A stretch of 64,000 nt of DNA, from assembly GCA_000004985.1 (NCBI GenBank), contig GG738900.1; one strand, written 5' to 3'. This document shows positions 44,679 through 56,230 of this stretch, one piece after another (the first letter of the stretch is position 1; each line of letters begins with the position of its first letter). A program made the translations under genes and the position numbers. The stretch is from Naegleria gruberi. Taxonomy: Eukaryota. Under the pieces are notes generated by a model. It saw only the letters and a list, made by a program, of their open reading frames with translations, searched no databases and was not told where the DNA came from.

Positions 44679-46649
44679 TTATTGATGTGGTTTTACTGGA
44701 GTAGTGGCAATATCTTTGGTTTCAGTTTTTCTTAAAAGAAGAGGGCTTAAGGTGTGATTTGCAAAAAGTTCCAAACATGTCATCATATTTTCCAAATACC
44801 TTTGAACATGTTCGTAATGTACGCTCTCTGGATAACATATTGAAAAGATCAATTCTCCAGTCCTTGAGTTGGTGTAGAAAATATTGGAAATACCATTCGT
44901 GTTGCCAATGGCAGAATAAGCCGCTGAGATGAGCTCAAATCTGACATTCTGTCCTGTCAAATTCTCCAATTTACCTATATTACTGAATACCATTTGGAAA
45001 GATTCCTTCTTACTAATGTCAAATTTCAGAAATTTGTGAACTATTTGATAGGTAGATAGAGTGTCATGATACTTCTTATTGAGACAATTTCTCGTTTGAT
45101 AGGATCCATCTAATATTATTTCAATCAATTTATCAATATCCGATTCATTATTAGGGGATATGTTTTGGGGAATGTGCAATCTGGTGGTTGATAAAAGTGC
45201 TGAGGAATAATTTCTAAAGATGTCCTTTGGTTTCCCGAGTGGAAGGAGAATACCTTCTCTAAAATCCACTGTTATGGTATTAGTAAAACCAAAGGTTGTC
45301 TTTTCTCTCGCTTTTTCATTGTAAGACCTTGAAGAGAGAACCCATGCCAAACATCCAATCGATTGAACTATTGCTGTAACTGTGAGGTCAAGTGTCTTGG
45401 TTTTTTCAATCAACTTGGTAAGTGTTAACTTACTGGTATGTCGAATGAGAACCTTAGTCTGTGCTGGCTCAGGATAGGGAGATTTTAGTGGAAATGATAT
45501 TATTGGAGACAAACCATTATAACTAATCACTTGACTCACAAATCTAGAATAGAATAATAATCCTCCAAGTTTTCCAAGTTTTTTAGGAATATCTGACTCT
45601 GCATGGTGGTGAGTTGGAGTGGAGCTAGTTGAGCTACTGGTGCTACTGCTAGTTTCTGTTGGAGATTGATCATTCTTCTTTTTTTGTGGAGCAGTTTTTG
45701 ATTTAAGCATTTCCAGAATTTGAATAGGTGAGGGTGGAAGTAGAGAATGAATGTTTTCTAAGGCTTTCCTCTTTACCTCCATCAACTCTTTTTCCACATC
45801 GACAAGCTGTACTTCTCCATACATGTAATCGAATAATGAGGCAAACTCTTCAAGGAAGATTTTTATACTCGTAGCATCACAAAGAGCATGAAAAAATGTA
45901 AAACAACACACCCATTTCCCATCTGTGTGTTTTGATTTTGTGATGGTCAACCTCCACATTGCTTGGACTGAATTTGGATCTCGTAAAATATCCCATGAAT
46001 GAATAATCTCGTGATTAATTAGTAATTTTACAAGCTCTTCTTCATTTTCGATTTCAATATTGTCAGGATTTATCGAATTTTCATCCAATAATACTTGAAT
46101 ATCCACAGTGATTTGATCCACAATTTCGAATTGAATAGTTCCACGTGATTGTACAATTTCTTTCGTCCATATTTCGTGTAAAACTTTTTCAATATTATCC
46201 GAATGTGATGAAATCTTTGAATTGATTTTCTTCTTCAGTTTATCCTTCAGTGTAGGAATGGCACACAACATTGGATGTCTATATTTCAGAATATCAATAC
46301 ACTTTTTACATTTCTCCTTTAGTTTCTCCCCTTCAGCTCTCACTATTTCAATATCATCTTGTGTACCCTCCTGTAATTTGACACTTTTTGGAATAATATC
46401 TGCTGCCAATACTAAATTATGATGTCCCAGAAAGTTTTTATCATTAATTCTATGAAAATAATATTGTTCACTGAGTGTTGTTTCTACACATCCGATCGGT
46501 GGATTGAGTGACAATAATTGTAATCTTTCCCTAAGTGCACTAGAGAAGGGAATCGGAATAAAATTTTTATATATCCTCTCTAAATCCTCTTCACTATGAT
46601 GATTGTGATGATGAATTGCTATTTCCTTGTTGTGCTGTTTGAGTGTCAT
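44679..46649 (-). CDS. HxxxD-motif acyltransferase (condensation/alcohol-acetyltransferase-like fold), 656 aa
   Basis: True ATG at 46649. A His-rich N-terminus is followed by the motif FFHALCDATSIKIFLEEF (HxxxD) near the middle. This is typical of the CoA-dependent acyltransferase/condensation superfamily. The gene has a single exon. Confidence 0.55.
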   Translation of the reverse strand: MTLKQHNKEIAIHHHNHHSEEDLERIYKNFIPIPFSSALRERLQLLSLNPPIGCVETTLSEQYYFHRINDKNFLGHHNLVLAADIIPKSVKLQEGTQDDIEIVRAEGEKLKEKCKKCIDILKYRHPMLCAIPTLKDKLKKKINSKISSHSDNIEKVLHEIWTKEIVQSRGTIQFEIVDQITVDIQVLLDENSINPDNIEIENEEELVKLLINHEIIHSWDILRDPNSVQAMWRLTITKSKHTDGKWVCCFTFFHALCDATSIKIFLEEFASLFDYMYGEVQLVDVEKELMEVKRKALENIHSLLPPSPIQILEMLKSKTAPQKKKNDQSPTETSSSTSSSTSSTPTHHHAESDIPKKLGKLGGLLFYSRFVSQVISYNGLSPIISFPLKSPYPEPAQTKVLIRHTSKLTLTKLIEKTKTLDLTVTAIVQSIGCLAWVLSSRSYNEKAREKTTFGFTNTITVDFREGILLPLGKPKDIFRNYSSALLSTTRLHIPQNISPNNESDIDKLIEIILDGSYQTRNCLNKKYHDTLSTYQIVHKFLKFDISKKESFQMVFSNIGKLENLTGQNVRFELISAAYSAIGNTNGISNIFYTNSRTGELIFSICYPESVHYEHVQRYLENMMTCLELFANHTLSPLLLRKTETKDIATTPVKPHQ

Positions 46650-47046
46650 GTGTTTTTTTTATGTTTCCTTTGCATTATGTTTTCAAATTCCAAGATGAGG
46701 TACAAATTAGGTTCGTTATTGTTTCCAATCGTTTCTTCATTCCAATATATCTGAAAAGAATGGAATAGCTCAGCAAGTTAAAAAATTATTGAGCCCTTTG
46801 AATGAAAAACAAATAGAAAGATTGGATGAAATTTTGAAAAAGTTAAAGATTTCTAAACTTTTATCAAGTGTTGCAAAGGTTTCAAACGATATTTTGATTA
46901 TTTTTGATGATTTTGGATTGCCAAATATTGTAGAAGAACAGCAATCAATATTATATTTCAATAATGGTGAGATTAATCGACCAAATACTAATCTTTCAAA
47001 ACCAGATACAGTTTTTGAAGATGTTTTATGTGGACTATTCCCTAAC

Positions 47047-47310
47047 ATGGTAAAGAAAAGAGCAAATATAAAGAGACCATTGTCATCTTATATGATTTAC
47101 TGTAGGGAGAAAAGAGAGGAAATGAGAAACGAAATGATAAGCAAGCAAGAACAAACTACGAATATTACGATAATGAAAGCTTTAGCAGAAATATGGAAAG
47201 AGTTGAGTGAAACTGAGAAAAATCCGTATGCTGAATTAGCAGCCATTGACCGGGAAGAATATCAAAAGAAACTCGATGAATATGTATTTGTTATCAGAGA
47301 TTTGGATTGA
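47047..47310 (+). CDS. HMG-box DNA-binding protein (the ORF is open from 46789; first in-frame ATG at 47047)
   Basis: HMG box KRPLSSYMIYCREKREEMRNEM…MKALAEIWKELSETEKNPYAELAAIDREEYQKKLDEY. The track ORF starts with a TTG at 46789, so the true start is either the ATG at 47047 (88 aa, NHP6-like size) or an unidentified upstream exon. Confidence 0.6.
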   Translation: MVKKRANIKRPLSSYMIYCREKREEMRNEMISKQEQTTNITIMKALAEIWKELSETEKNPYAELAAIDREEYQKKLDEYVFVIRDLD

Positions 47311-47377
47311 AACTTGTTCGACTGACAATAAACTGGTGATGTTTTCGCGCCAAAAATATTTACGTTTTCAAAAGAAA

Positions 47378-49702
47378 ATGAAAGTATTTGTATTTGAGGC
47401 CGATGATTATGCCGAAAAGTACCTCTGTGAGAGATTGTATGCCGAGGAAAATGTAGGTTATCAATTGAATCATTGTCATCAACATGATCGACAATTTTTA
47501 TTTATCAATAAACTAGTTTGTGATTGGAACAAGTAAAACTGGAAAGGACTCTATTCCATTCGTAAATAAATTAATTCAGGTAAGGAAGATTAATAGTGAT
47601 GTAAATAATTGTTTACAACCTTTAAAAAGAATGATCCGAAGGAAATTAGGAATGCACTTATGGATGTGGATGCAATTGTATATAGATTGAAGGAGAGTAA
47701 TATTGATGATACTAGATTTGCAATCAAAGTTATTGAGGCTGCCGAATTCAATGAACCTAAAACAATGATCTTACTCTCGACAAGTATGTCTTGGGCAATG
47801 ACTCGTAAAAGTTTTACTGAAGCAGATCAAGATGATGAAGCAGAAAAACCATTAAGAAAGCCATATGAAGCTTTCACTGAAGATGCATTTGTCACAAGAA
47901 AACCTCACAACTCATTTAAAGGATTTGTTGAAATTGAAAAGAGAGTTATGAGAGCTAAATCAAAATATCTCAGAACCTTTGTGTTCTTCTGTGGAATTTT
48001 GTATGGAGAAGAGGAAGAAAAATTACATCAATGGTTTAAATTGGCTTGGAATGGAGAAGGTGACTCATTGCCTGTCTTTTTGGATGGTGGAAATTATGTT
48101 CCAATGATTCATGTGCAAGATTTAGTATCAATAACTCAAAAAACAATTGAAGAGCCACCCCAACCAAAGGACGGTGAGGATGATTATCAACAAGCATTTC
48201 TTGCAGTGGATGAATCCCAGTTGACTCAATCTCAAATAGTTGAATGCATTAGTCAAAAGTTTGGATTTAATGGAAAGGTTGAAAAGCTAGATGAAGAAGA
48301 GTGTTTAATTTATGACTACTTTGAATATTTCACAGCTGACGTTAAACTTGCCATTGGTGCTGTCAATGAATTCTCCTTTGAATGGGTTTCCAAAGAGGGG
48401 TTTGCTGAGAATTTCGACAAAATCAAGCAAGAGTTTGAAAAGAAGAGAAATCTTGCTCCTCTTAGAATTTTAATGATAGGTCCACCAGGTGCAGGAAAAT
48501 CCCACTATTCTGCTCAAATGAAGAGAAAATATAGATTGGATGTTGTGAACTCGTCTTCTGTAATTTCAGATTTTGAAGCATTGGTGAAAGAGAAGGAAGC
48601 AACCTACCATAATCTTGTTCAAGAAAAGAAAGACAAGATTGAGCACGCCAAACAATTGAGACTGCAAAAGAAGAAGGAGCTAGAAGAAAAGAAGAAAAAG
48701 CAAGAAGAAGCTAAAAACGATGGAGATGACGATGAAGACAACCAAGAACCTCCTCAAGAAGAAGATCCAGAAGAACCAGCAGAAGAGGATAAGGAAGAAG
48801 AGGAAGGTTCACCAATCTTTGTTGCAAAACAAGAATTTGAAAAATACAAGGCCATTCTTGATTTGAAAGAGAACAGTGGAAGATATAATGATACAGCAAT
48901 TACTGAAATGTTTAGATGGAAACTGTCTCAACCAAGGTTGTTGAACCATGGTTGGATACTGGATGGATTCCCAAAAACAGTTGAGCAAGCTAAACTTCTT
49001 TTTATTAAGCGTGCAGAGGGAGATGATGAACCAAAGGGTGTGGATGATCATTTGTTCCCTGATTATTGTATTATTTTCAATTGTAAAGAGAAGGTTTTGG
49101 AGGATAGATTAATCAATATAACTGATCCAACTCCAGGACACAATGACCAAGATGGTTTTAAGAGAAGACTTGAAGCCTTTAACAAGGCTAACGATATTAA
49201 CAATTTAACCACATATCTTTTGGGCTATATTGAAGAATGTGTTACTGAACAAAAGAGACAGTGTATAACGAAGGAAGTAGTTTTTGAAACTGAAAGAGAT
49301 GAAAAAGAAATACTGACCGAAGTTAAGGAGTTTTTGGGTAAGCCGCACAACTATGGTCCAACAGAGAAGGAATTAAAAGAAAAGGAGAGAAGAAGAGCTG
49401 CCAGAGAAGATGAACAACAAAAACAAGAACAACAGAAGCACCAAAATGCTTTGGAAAGAAAGAGAAAACAAGCAGAAGAAAGAGAAAGAGTATTAAGAAG
49501 TGATGCTGAAAGACTTGAAGAAATAAGAAAGCAAGAGAAAATCATGCTTGAAGTCAAATCTCAACCACTTAGAGTTTACCTTATGGAAAATGTCATTCCA
49601 GTTCTTACCAAAGGGTTGATTGAAGTGTGTCAAATGCAACCAGAAGATCCTGTTGATTATCTTGCTGAATGGTTGTTCAAACAAATTCCTGATGATAAAT
49701 AA
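47378..49702 (+). CDS. AK7: adenylate kinase 7 (AK7)-type protein: N-terminal Rossmann-like domain, adenylate kinase core, C-terminal Dpy-30 motif; 3 exons (47378-47452, 47517-47579, 47630-49702)
   Basis: The match to AK7 runs along the length. MKVFVFEADDYAEKYL aligns with RVFINLLDSY; FVIGTSKTGKDSIPF with FQIVGTLSKPDSPRP; PKTMILLSTSMSWAMT with RKLFILLSTVMTWA; HQWFKLAWNGEGDSLPVF…AVDES with HTFFKMAWLGEIPALPVF…AVDES. The P-loop reads ILMIGPPGAGKS and the LID region GWILDGFPKTVEQAKLLF. The Dpy-30 motif reads PLRVYLMENVIPVLTKGLIEVCQMQPEDPVDYLAEWLF. The true ATG exon and a 63-nt second exon were found upstream of the TTG-initiated track ORF. Introns are 64 and 50 nt with GTAGGT and GTAAGG donors. 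Confidence 0.85.
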
Positions 49703-49704
49703 AT

Positions 49705-52688
49705 TTATTTAAGTTGCCTTTCGGCTCTAACAACTGGATAGTATTTTAGAATTGAGTTTTGAATTGCATAATCTTTCATTGTTAATCCCTTTTTATCCAT
49801 TAGAGTCTCCTTAACTCCAAGTGAATTAATACACAATCCAGCCAAAAATTGAATCTCTTCCAAGCTCAGTTCACTCATATACAGATGTTTCTTTTTCTCT
49901 TGTAAATCATATAATAAATGAAGAATGGTTTGACCGTTTGATAATTGGAAGTTTGCCTTGGCGCCACTTTGAACAAGATATTTTGCTGTTTTGAGTTGTT
50001 TGTTGTGAATGGCAATGAATAATGGAGGGTAACCATCAATATTAACAGCATCAATATCAGCTCCAAATAATAAAAGTAATCTTATTATGTTTGTCATTCC
50101 TGATCCAGAAGCAAGATGCAAACAAGTGTTTCCATTTTCATCCTTAGCAGTAATGTCAACACATAATTCCTTAACAAGAATGACAGCCATATCATAAAGA
50201 ATCTTTTCCTCTTCCTGATTATAATAGATACAGTTACAAATAAGATGGAGAATGGTTTCGTCGTATTCACCCCTTATTCTAATGATGTACTTGGAATTTC
50301 TGGCAAAGATGGCAAACATCTTGAAATCCAAGCGATCTAAGGCTATCAACAGAGCACACTTGTTGTCACCTCTCGAACCAGTTGTTGATCCGAAAACCAA
50401 GCATGGATCTGAACCAGATTCACAAAGAGCTTCCATGGTTTTTTCGAATTGTTCTTCCTTCTCTGGATCCTCAAATTTTTCATGTTTTTCCATCAAATAT
50501 TCTAAAATGTGCTTGTGGTCAACTGTGTAAATATTTAACTCGGCTCTATTCTTTGCTAAAACCCTGACCATTCCTGGGTTCATACATTCAGCAGCAATAA
50601 GCAGAGGGGGTGGAACGAAATTGCCAAAATTAGGGCAAGCATATTTATCCATTAAGTATTGAGCAATTTCCTCATATCCCATGGCGGCTGCTACGTGAAG
50701 AGAAGTTCTATAAAATTCATCTTGAGTATCCACATATTCTTTTTCAATTTCGACAAGATGCTTTACTCCTTCAAAATCTCCAGAACTGAATAGATTGAAT
50801 ATGATAGGTTGAGAATAATTTTCTTACTTACAAAACTGCTGTGTGAAGATTCATTTTAGATCCTAAACCTTTCAATTTTGAAATTATTTCCAATCTGGAC
50901 TTTACTTCATCTTGAACAATAGTCACATATCTCATTTCTGGAACATAGTAAGCAAAGTCGCAAGCCGTCTTCTTCTTATGGAGGATATTGATATCAATGT
51001 TTGGATGGCTTGCCAAAATATTTACAGCTGTTATATTTGCGTTTTTACAAGCCACGTGAAGAGGAGCTCCTAATGACCTTGTAGTCAAGTTGACATCAGC
51101 TCCTTTTTCAAGCAGTAAATTAATTATTTGAGTAGTAATTTCTGGTTCTGATTGTAAACCACAGGCCAAATGCAACAAGGATTGTCCTCTGTCTGATACT
51201 CTGTTAACATCAGTGAAACCTTCATTAGAGAAAAAAGATTCCATTTTCTCAATGTTCAATGATTGGACGCATTCCATTGCAAGATCAAAAGGATCACATT
51301 TAGAAGGGGAAATTAGTGTATCGTCGAAAGAGAAGGAAGTTGAAATCACTTCCTCTCTAGCAGGGACTGGCTCCTCAACATTAATTGAGGCAATATCGAA
51401 TTTGAAAGGAATCTGTCCAAAGTTTGTAGTGACTGTACAGGGTGCATTTGAGCCAATAACAGGATAAAATACAAATGGATTTTCATGTTCTGGTTCCATA
51501 ATTGTTTCACTCTTTGGATTCATGTTCAAATATTCGTCAACAATTTTTTGTTCCAATGGCTTTCCTCTCTTTTCCCTAATTATCAAATGTCTAGTAGCTT
51601 CAACTGGAATACCATCAATTATTGTTCCAGATAAATGCTCTCCTGGATGCTCTGTCCATGTGCCTTTCATAATGCCTTCTCCAGGAATATATACGTACTT
51701 TGTATAGGTAGATGGGTAGTGTTCAATATCTGCTGCTTCTGTCAACTTTGATTCCTCTCGAATTCTTACAATTTCCTCTAAGGATGATAAATCATAAAAC
51801 TTTCCTAACATTACTCCATTCAATGTGAAAAATACATGTCTTTGAGGTAATATGATACCTGCACCAACAGTGTCTCCAACTTGGAATGATTTGTTAATTT
51901 CGTATTGTTTTGAATCGTGACTAATGGCACCTGTATCACTGTGATAAGCGTAGGATCTATTCTTGATTAATTGATAAATAGAATAGTCAAACTTACATAT
52001 CATCAAATCCTGGAAATGCATGATAATACCCATCTTTCGAACTGAATCCAATTGCAATCGAAACATTTTTCACTGATCGTATTACACTAATTTCAAAGTA
52101 ACACATTTTTTGATCATCATATCTTATATCACATCCACTATTAACCATAACACTCTTAATCATAATTTAGCCTAACATTCCTCAATAAAAACTTACTGTA
52201 TGATTTGTTGTTCCAGGTGTGGCAAATCTGATAAAGTACTTGTCTTCATAGGCTGATATTTTGAAATGATTCTTCGGAATTATAAAGAATTGTTGATCAT
52301 TTTCAGGTTCAATCTCTTGCATACTTTCGAGAGGTTCCTCAGTTTGAAATTCACTATCGTCCTCATCAACATTAGGAATTGTATTCATTACTTGTTCCTT
52401 TCTCCTCCTAGGTGTAATGACACTCTTAGTTTTTGATTGTTTGGGAGTGTAGTTTTTATAATTGGTCTTAATCCTTGATGATGATGTTGAGGTAGTACTC
52501 ATGGAAGAACCCATAGTGGCTCTACTACCATTCTCCACCCTACTTGAATGATTCTGCTGACGATATCGAGGTGTCGATGATGACATTTCAAAATCTGTAA
52601 ATTTTTTTAAGAATTTTGGCGGTAAGGAATTTAGAATGACCGTTACACGATTTAATGTTGTTATTGAACATTCCTTGATAGGTTTCAT
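49705..52688 (-). CDS. SPRY-domain plus ankyrin-repeat protein, ~950 aa; 4 exons (52197-52688, 51997-52154, 50832-51956, 49705-50785)
   Basis: Track ORFs 52182-52721, 50828-52066 and 49705-50733 join in frame. …ATPGTTNHT|SVMVNSGCDIRYDDQKMCYFEISVIRSVKNVSIAIGFSSKDGYYHAFPGFDD|ISYAYHSDTGAISHDSKQYEINKSFQVGDTVGAGIILPQRHVFFTLNGVMLG is a canonical SPRY domain (YYFEVKI…IGLS…SYGYHSDDG…GDVIG…FFTKNG). …LHTAV|FSGDFEGVKHLVEIEKEYVDTQDEFYRTSLHVAAAMGYEEIAQYLM begins an ankyrin-repeat array of six or more repeats. Introns are 42, 40 and 46 nt, all with GTAAGT donors. The first in-frame ATG is near 52688; the track's M at 52721 is a TTG. Confidence 0.7.
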
Positions 52689-52779
52689 CTGTTGTTGAGT
52701 TTTTGATGTTTCTTTTTTCAATAGCTATATATTTGCTTTATCAAATCATGCACGATTGGAAGAGATACCACTGAGGAGA

Positions 52780-53499
52780 TTAGTCATTTTTCTTTTGGGT
52801 TCTGGCTTGGGCAAGTTTCTTTCTAATTTCCAATGGAACTGTTTCAATACCATAAGCATTGGTTGCAATATTCTTGTGTGTAAGTTGTTGCTTTCCAATA
52901 ATATCATATTTCTCACCTCTCACAATGACAAGAATAGCATCAATAAGTAAGCCAACAATGAGACCAAAGAGACCAAAGAGCATTTGGTTTTGAGTCTTGT
53001 TTTCTCCTTCAAATATGTATTGAGAAATTGTGAAAAAGAGAATGAACATTGTAGCCATTGTAACAACTAAATCCAATCCAACACCTAATTGACCCTTATA
53101 TGAATTAATAGCTTCTCTTTCATCTCTGGGTCTACCAACCACATTCTTTACCATTTTCGAATATTCTTCATCTGCCATCTTTTTTTTGAGTTGTTCTGTC
53201 AACTTTAACCATTTTGGATCTTTTTTAGTTATTGTTGGTGTTTGTTTTGTCAACCGTATTTTACTTCCTTTCACTAATTTATGAAGATATGTTTTTGATG
53301 ATGATTTATCATCCGATGTGTTATTATTTAAATATTCAATCACTCGTTTTAAAACTTCAAATGTTACAAAATCCTCATTATCGAATTGTTCAATTTGTAC
53401 TCGGAGACTAGACTCCACTGCTGACGTTCCGTATTTAACAAGATGTGATTTTGCTTTCTGCAGACAGTCACTAATTTCTTGCGTTTTATCAATTTCCAT
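52780..53499 (-). CDS. small membrane protein with two C-terminal TM helices, possibly Vma12/TMEM199-like V-ATPase assembly factor, 239 aa
   Basis: True ATG at 53499. The N-terminal part is soluble and helical. The C-terminus has a hairpin of two hydrophobic helices (LDLVVTMATMFILFFTISQYIF; MLFGLFGLIVGLLIDAILVIV) and a basic tail. The family call is tentative. Confidence 0.4.
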   Translation of the reverse strand: MEIDKTQEISDCLQKAKSHLVKYGTSAVESSLRVQIEQFDNEDFVTFEVLKRVIEYLNNNTSDDKSSSKTYLHKLVKGSKIRLTKQTPTITKKDPKWLKLTEQLKKKMADEEYSKMVKNVVGRPRDEREAINSYKGQLGVGLDLVVTMATMFILFFTISQYIFEGENKTQNQMLFGLFGLIVGLLIDAILVIVRGEKYDIIGKQQLTHKNIATNAYGIETVPLEIRKKLAQARTQKKND

Positions 53500-53635
53500 T
53501 TTTTTTCTATTTTAAAATTGCAAAAAGATTTTATTTAATTTTAAATGAATTAGAAATTTAATTCATTAGATATTTTACCTTTAAAGAATTGTTGCTTTTT
53601 TCGTTTTTTAAATTCATTAAAATTAATAATAAAAA

Positions 53636-55002
53636 ATGCTTCGAAATGTTGTGCTAAAATCCAAGCCATCAGCCGATTATATTTTCACTCATGATAATAC
53701 TATACGACACACAAAACCCTTTTTTCAAAAGTATGATACACGAACTAAAGGAAGAATGTTGGGAAAATCATTTATTGAAAGTTTTTGTGCAGAATATGTT
53801 GTTCCGGAGGATGTTTTCATGCAATATTGTGAACATGATTTTATTAAATTGAATAAGAAACGAGTGGAGGATGCGAATCATATTATGGGATATAAGGACT
53901 CATATCAAACGGAGGATGTTAGAACAGATAAAATTACTACGAATTTTGATAGTATTGAAGTAATTTATGAGGATGATTCAATTTTGGTTTTGGCAAAACC
54001 AGAAAATGTACCAGTTCATAGTATGTGTTTGTGAAATTGTTTTATTGACATTAGTTTAAAAGAGGTTGGACGATATGTGAAAAATAATTTAATTGATATT
54101 TTGAAAAGAGAATATACTAGATTTCATCCAACAATGTTACCGAATGCGGATTTATTTCCTCTTCACAGGATAGATCGATTAACTTCTGGAGTTTTAATTT
54201 TGGGAAAGAGCTCAGAAGTTGCTAGGGATTTCTCAGCCTCATTAAAATCCAAACAAGTTGGAAAACAATACATTGCTGTGGCTGAAGGAATATGTCCAAC
54301 TGAGGGTTTATTCAAAGTAGATTATCCACTCATGGAAATTGATCCATTGTTGGGCATTTGGAGAGCAGTACATTCTGAGGAATCGAAAGAATTTATCAAG
54401 AAACATTACCTTCATCACACTCCATTGGATTGGAATAATGTCAAGGAGGCTGAAACTCTTTTCCAAGTACTTTACAGAGATTATGCAAGTAATAGAACTG
54501 TATTTTTATGTCAACCAGTAAGTTTTATTATCTGAAATATAGTTTCTTATTTCAATTTAAGGTAACTGGAAGGTAAGGTTAATGTTCATAATAATTTTTT
54601 AACAAACAAAATAATAGAACTCATCAAATTAGAGAACATTTGTACGCTATTGGTCACAAAATTATTGGAGATTCAGCTGATGATGAGGATAGAACTTCTT
54701 TTAATTTAAATTGGAAGGAAATGGCTCATAACATGTGGAGATGGAAAATAAATGCCATGTCAAAGCATGGTTTCGGAAATAAGAAAGTTATTGAAATGGC
54801 CATAGACGAAATTATAATGAAAGGAGAATATCAAATTCCTCAATCTCTTGGACTATTTTCTGTCAGTTACAGATATCAGGATTTATTATTCGAATGCGAG
54901 ATTTATAGACCACAATGGATTGATGATGTTTGGCCATCCATTCAACACAACATGAAGAGTTGTGAATTATATTATAATTTTGTAAATAATAAGAATACCT
55001 AG
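53636..55002 (+). CDS. RluA-family pseudouridine synthase (RPUSD-like); 4 exons (53636-54023, 54066-54517, microexon 54562-54572, 54615-55002)
   Basis: True ATG at 53636. Motifs are reconstructed across introns: VLAKPENVPVH|S…HRIDRLTSGVLILGKS (catalytic Asp motif HRLDRxTSG); LCQP|VTGR|THQIREHLYAIGHKIIGD (RluA motif III xxGRTHQIRxH). The VTGR segment is an 11-nt microexon (GTAACTGGAAG), flanked by the acceptor TTTAAG| and the donor |GTAAGG, and it is needed to keep the frame. Confidence 0.75.
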
Positions 55003-55015
55003 TCGTTAGTTACAC

Positions 55016-55219
55016 CTAAACCTTCTCATCCTTCAAACGTTTATATTCTTCATTATAATAGACGGATTCTTCTTCACTTTCCAATTCTTGTTCTCCTGTT
55101 TTTTCAACATTTCCGTTCTCATGCTCTTTTAATTCTTCCTCTGATAGTGTACGAGAACATTCCTTTTCAATTTGTTTAAGTTTATCCATCAAGGATGCAA
55201 ATTCTCTGTTGCCACTCAT
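55016..55219 (-). CDS. hypothetical small acidic coiled-coil protein, 67 aa
   Basis: True ATG at 55219. K/E-rich with codon usage like its neighbours. It sits between two well-supported genes. No domain call. Confidence 0.35.
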   Translation of the reverse strand: MSGNREFASLMDKLKQIEKECSRTLSEEELKEHENGNVEKTGEQELESEEESVYYNEEYKRLKDEKV

Positions 55220-55322
55220 TTTTTTTGTAAAGGGAATTAGAATTTAAAAAGCTATTAATAAATTTAATATCTAAAAAAAAGTGATAATAGATAATTGTTA
55301 ATACAGTATTACCATATTCAAG

Positions 55323-56219
55323 ATGACAACAATAGACTTTCAACAAATGCTTCTCGAGGAAAGAAAAAAAGCTCGAGAAGAATTAAAACAGAAAAAGGCT
55401 TGCTCTATTTTTCAGGATCGGAATGATCATCAATTAAATGATTTATCAAAATATAAATTATCAAAGGCTCCAATGGAAGCTATCTATTATATTCCTGATT
55501 ATATCACTGAGGAAGAGGAGAAAAAATGTGTGGAAGCTATTTATAAGGATGATACAAGTTCTTCATATGTTGGAGAGAAGAAGGGATGGGTTTGTTTGAG
55601 TAAGAGAAGGCTCAAGAATTTGGGAGGCATTCCTCATCCAAATGGCATGTATAAGGAGAGTTTGCCAAAGTATATCACTGATTTTAGGAAATTATTACAT
55701 CAGAAGGGACATTCAATTGACAAGTTTATTGAAATACCTTCTGATCAAGTTAAAAACCATGACTATAATCAAGTATTACTGAATGAGTACGAGTGTGGAA
55801 AGGGAATTAGACCACACAAGGATGGTCCACTCTATAGTGATATTGCTCTTGTTCTTTCATTGAAGACTACTTCACTAATTGATTTTTATACTGAAAAACC
55901 TACAGAAGAAAATGAGGAATCTGTACTCGCAAGTGTATTTTTGGAGCCTAGATCACTTTTGATTTTCTGTAAAGAAGCCTATACGGATTATTTTCATGGT
56001 GTTAGAGATGTGGATCAGGATGTAATTAATCCAGAGAAATGCATAAATATGCAGACTGCTAATGTTTCTGCTGGACAAATAATTCCAAGAAACACAACAA
56101 GACTTTCCCTAACTATTAGAAATGTGAAAACTGTAATAACTGAAAAAAACTATACTAGCTCAGAATCTCAGGAAATTGAAAGAAGAAGATCATGGTGGCA
56201 GTCTGCTATTGACAATTAA
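55323..56219 (+). CDS. AlkB-family Fe(II)/2-oxoglutarate dioxygenase, ALKBH6-like, 298 aa
   Basis: True ATG at 55323. The double-stranded beta-helix core reads NEYECGKGIRPHKDGPLYSDIALVLSL (HxD iron ligands) with a later FHGV His and RLSLTIRNV (2OG-binding Arg). This arrangement is typical of AlkB homologues. Confidence 0.6.
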   Translation: MTTIDFQQMLLEERKKAREELKQKKACSIFQDRNDHQLNDLSKYKLSKAPMEAIYYIPDYITEEEEKKCVEAIYKDDTSSSYVGEKKGWVCLSKRRLKNLGGIPHPNGMYKESLPKYITDFRKLLHQKGHSIDKFIEIPSDQVKNHDYNQVLLNEYECGKGIRPHKDGPLYSDIALVLSLKTTSLIDFYTEKPTEENEESVLASVFLEPRSLLIFCKEAYTDYFHGVRDVDQDVINPEKCINMQTANVSAGQIIPRNTTRLSLTIRNVKTVITEKNYTSSESQEIERRRSWWQSAIDN

Positions 56220-56230
56220 AATCTATTGTA

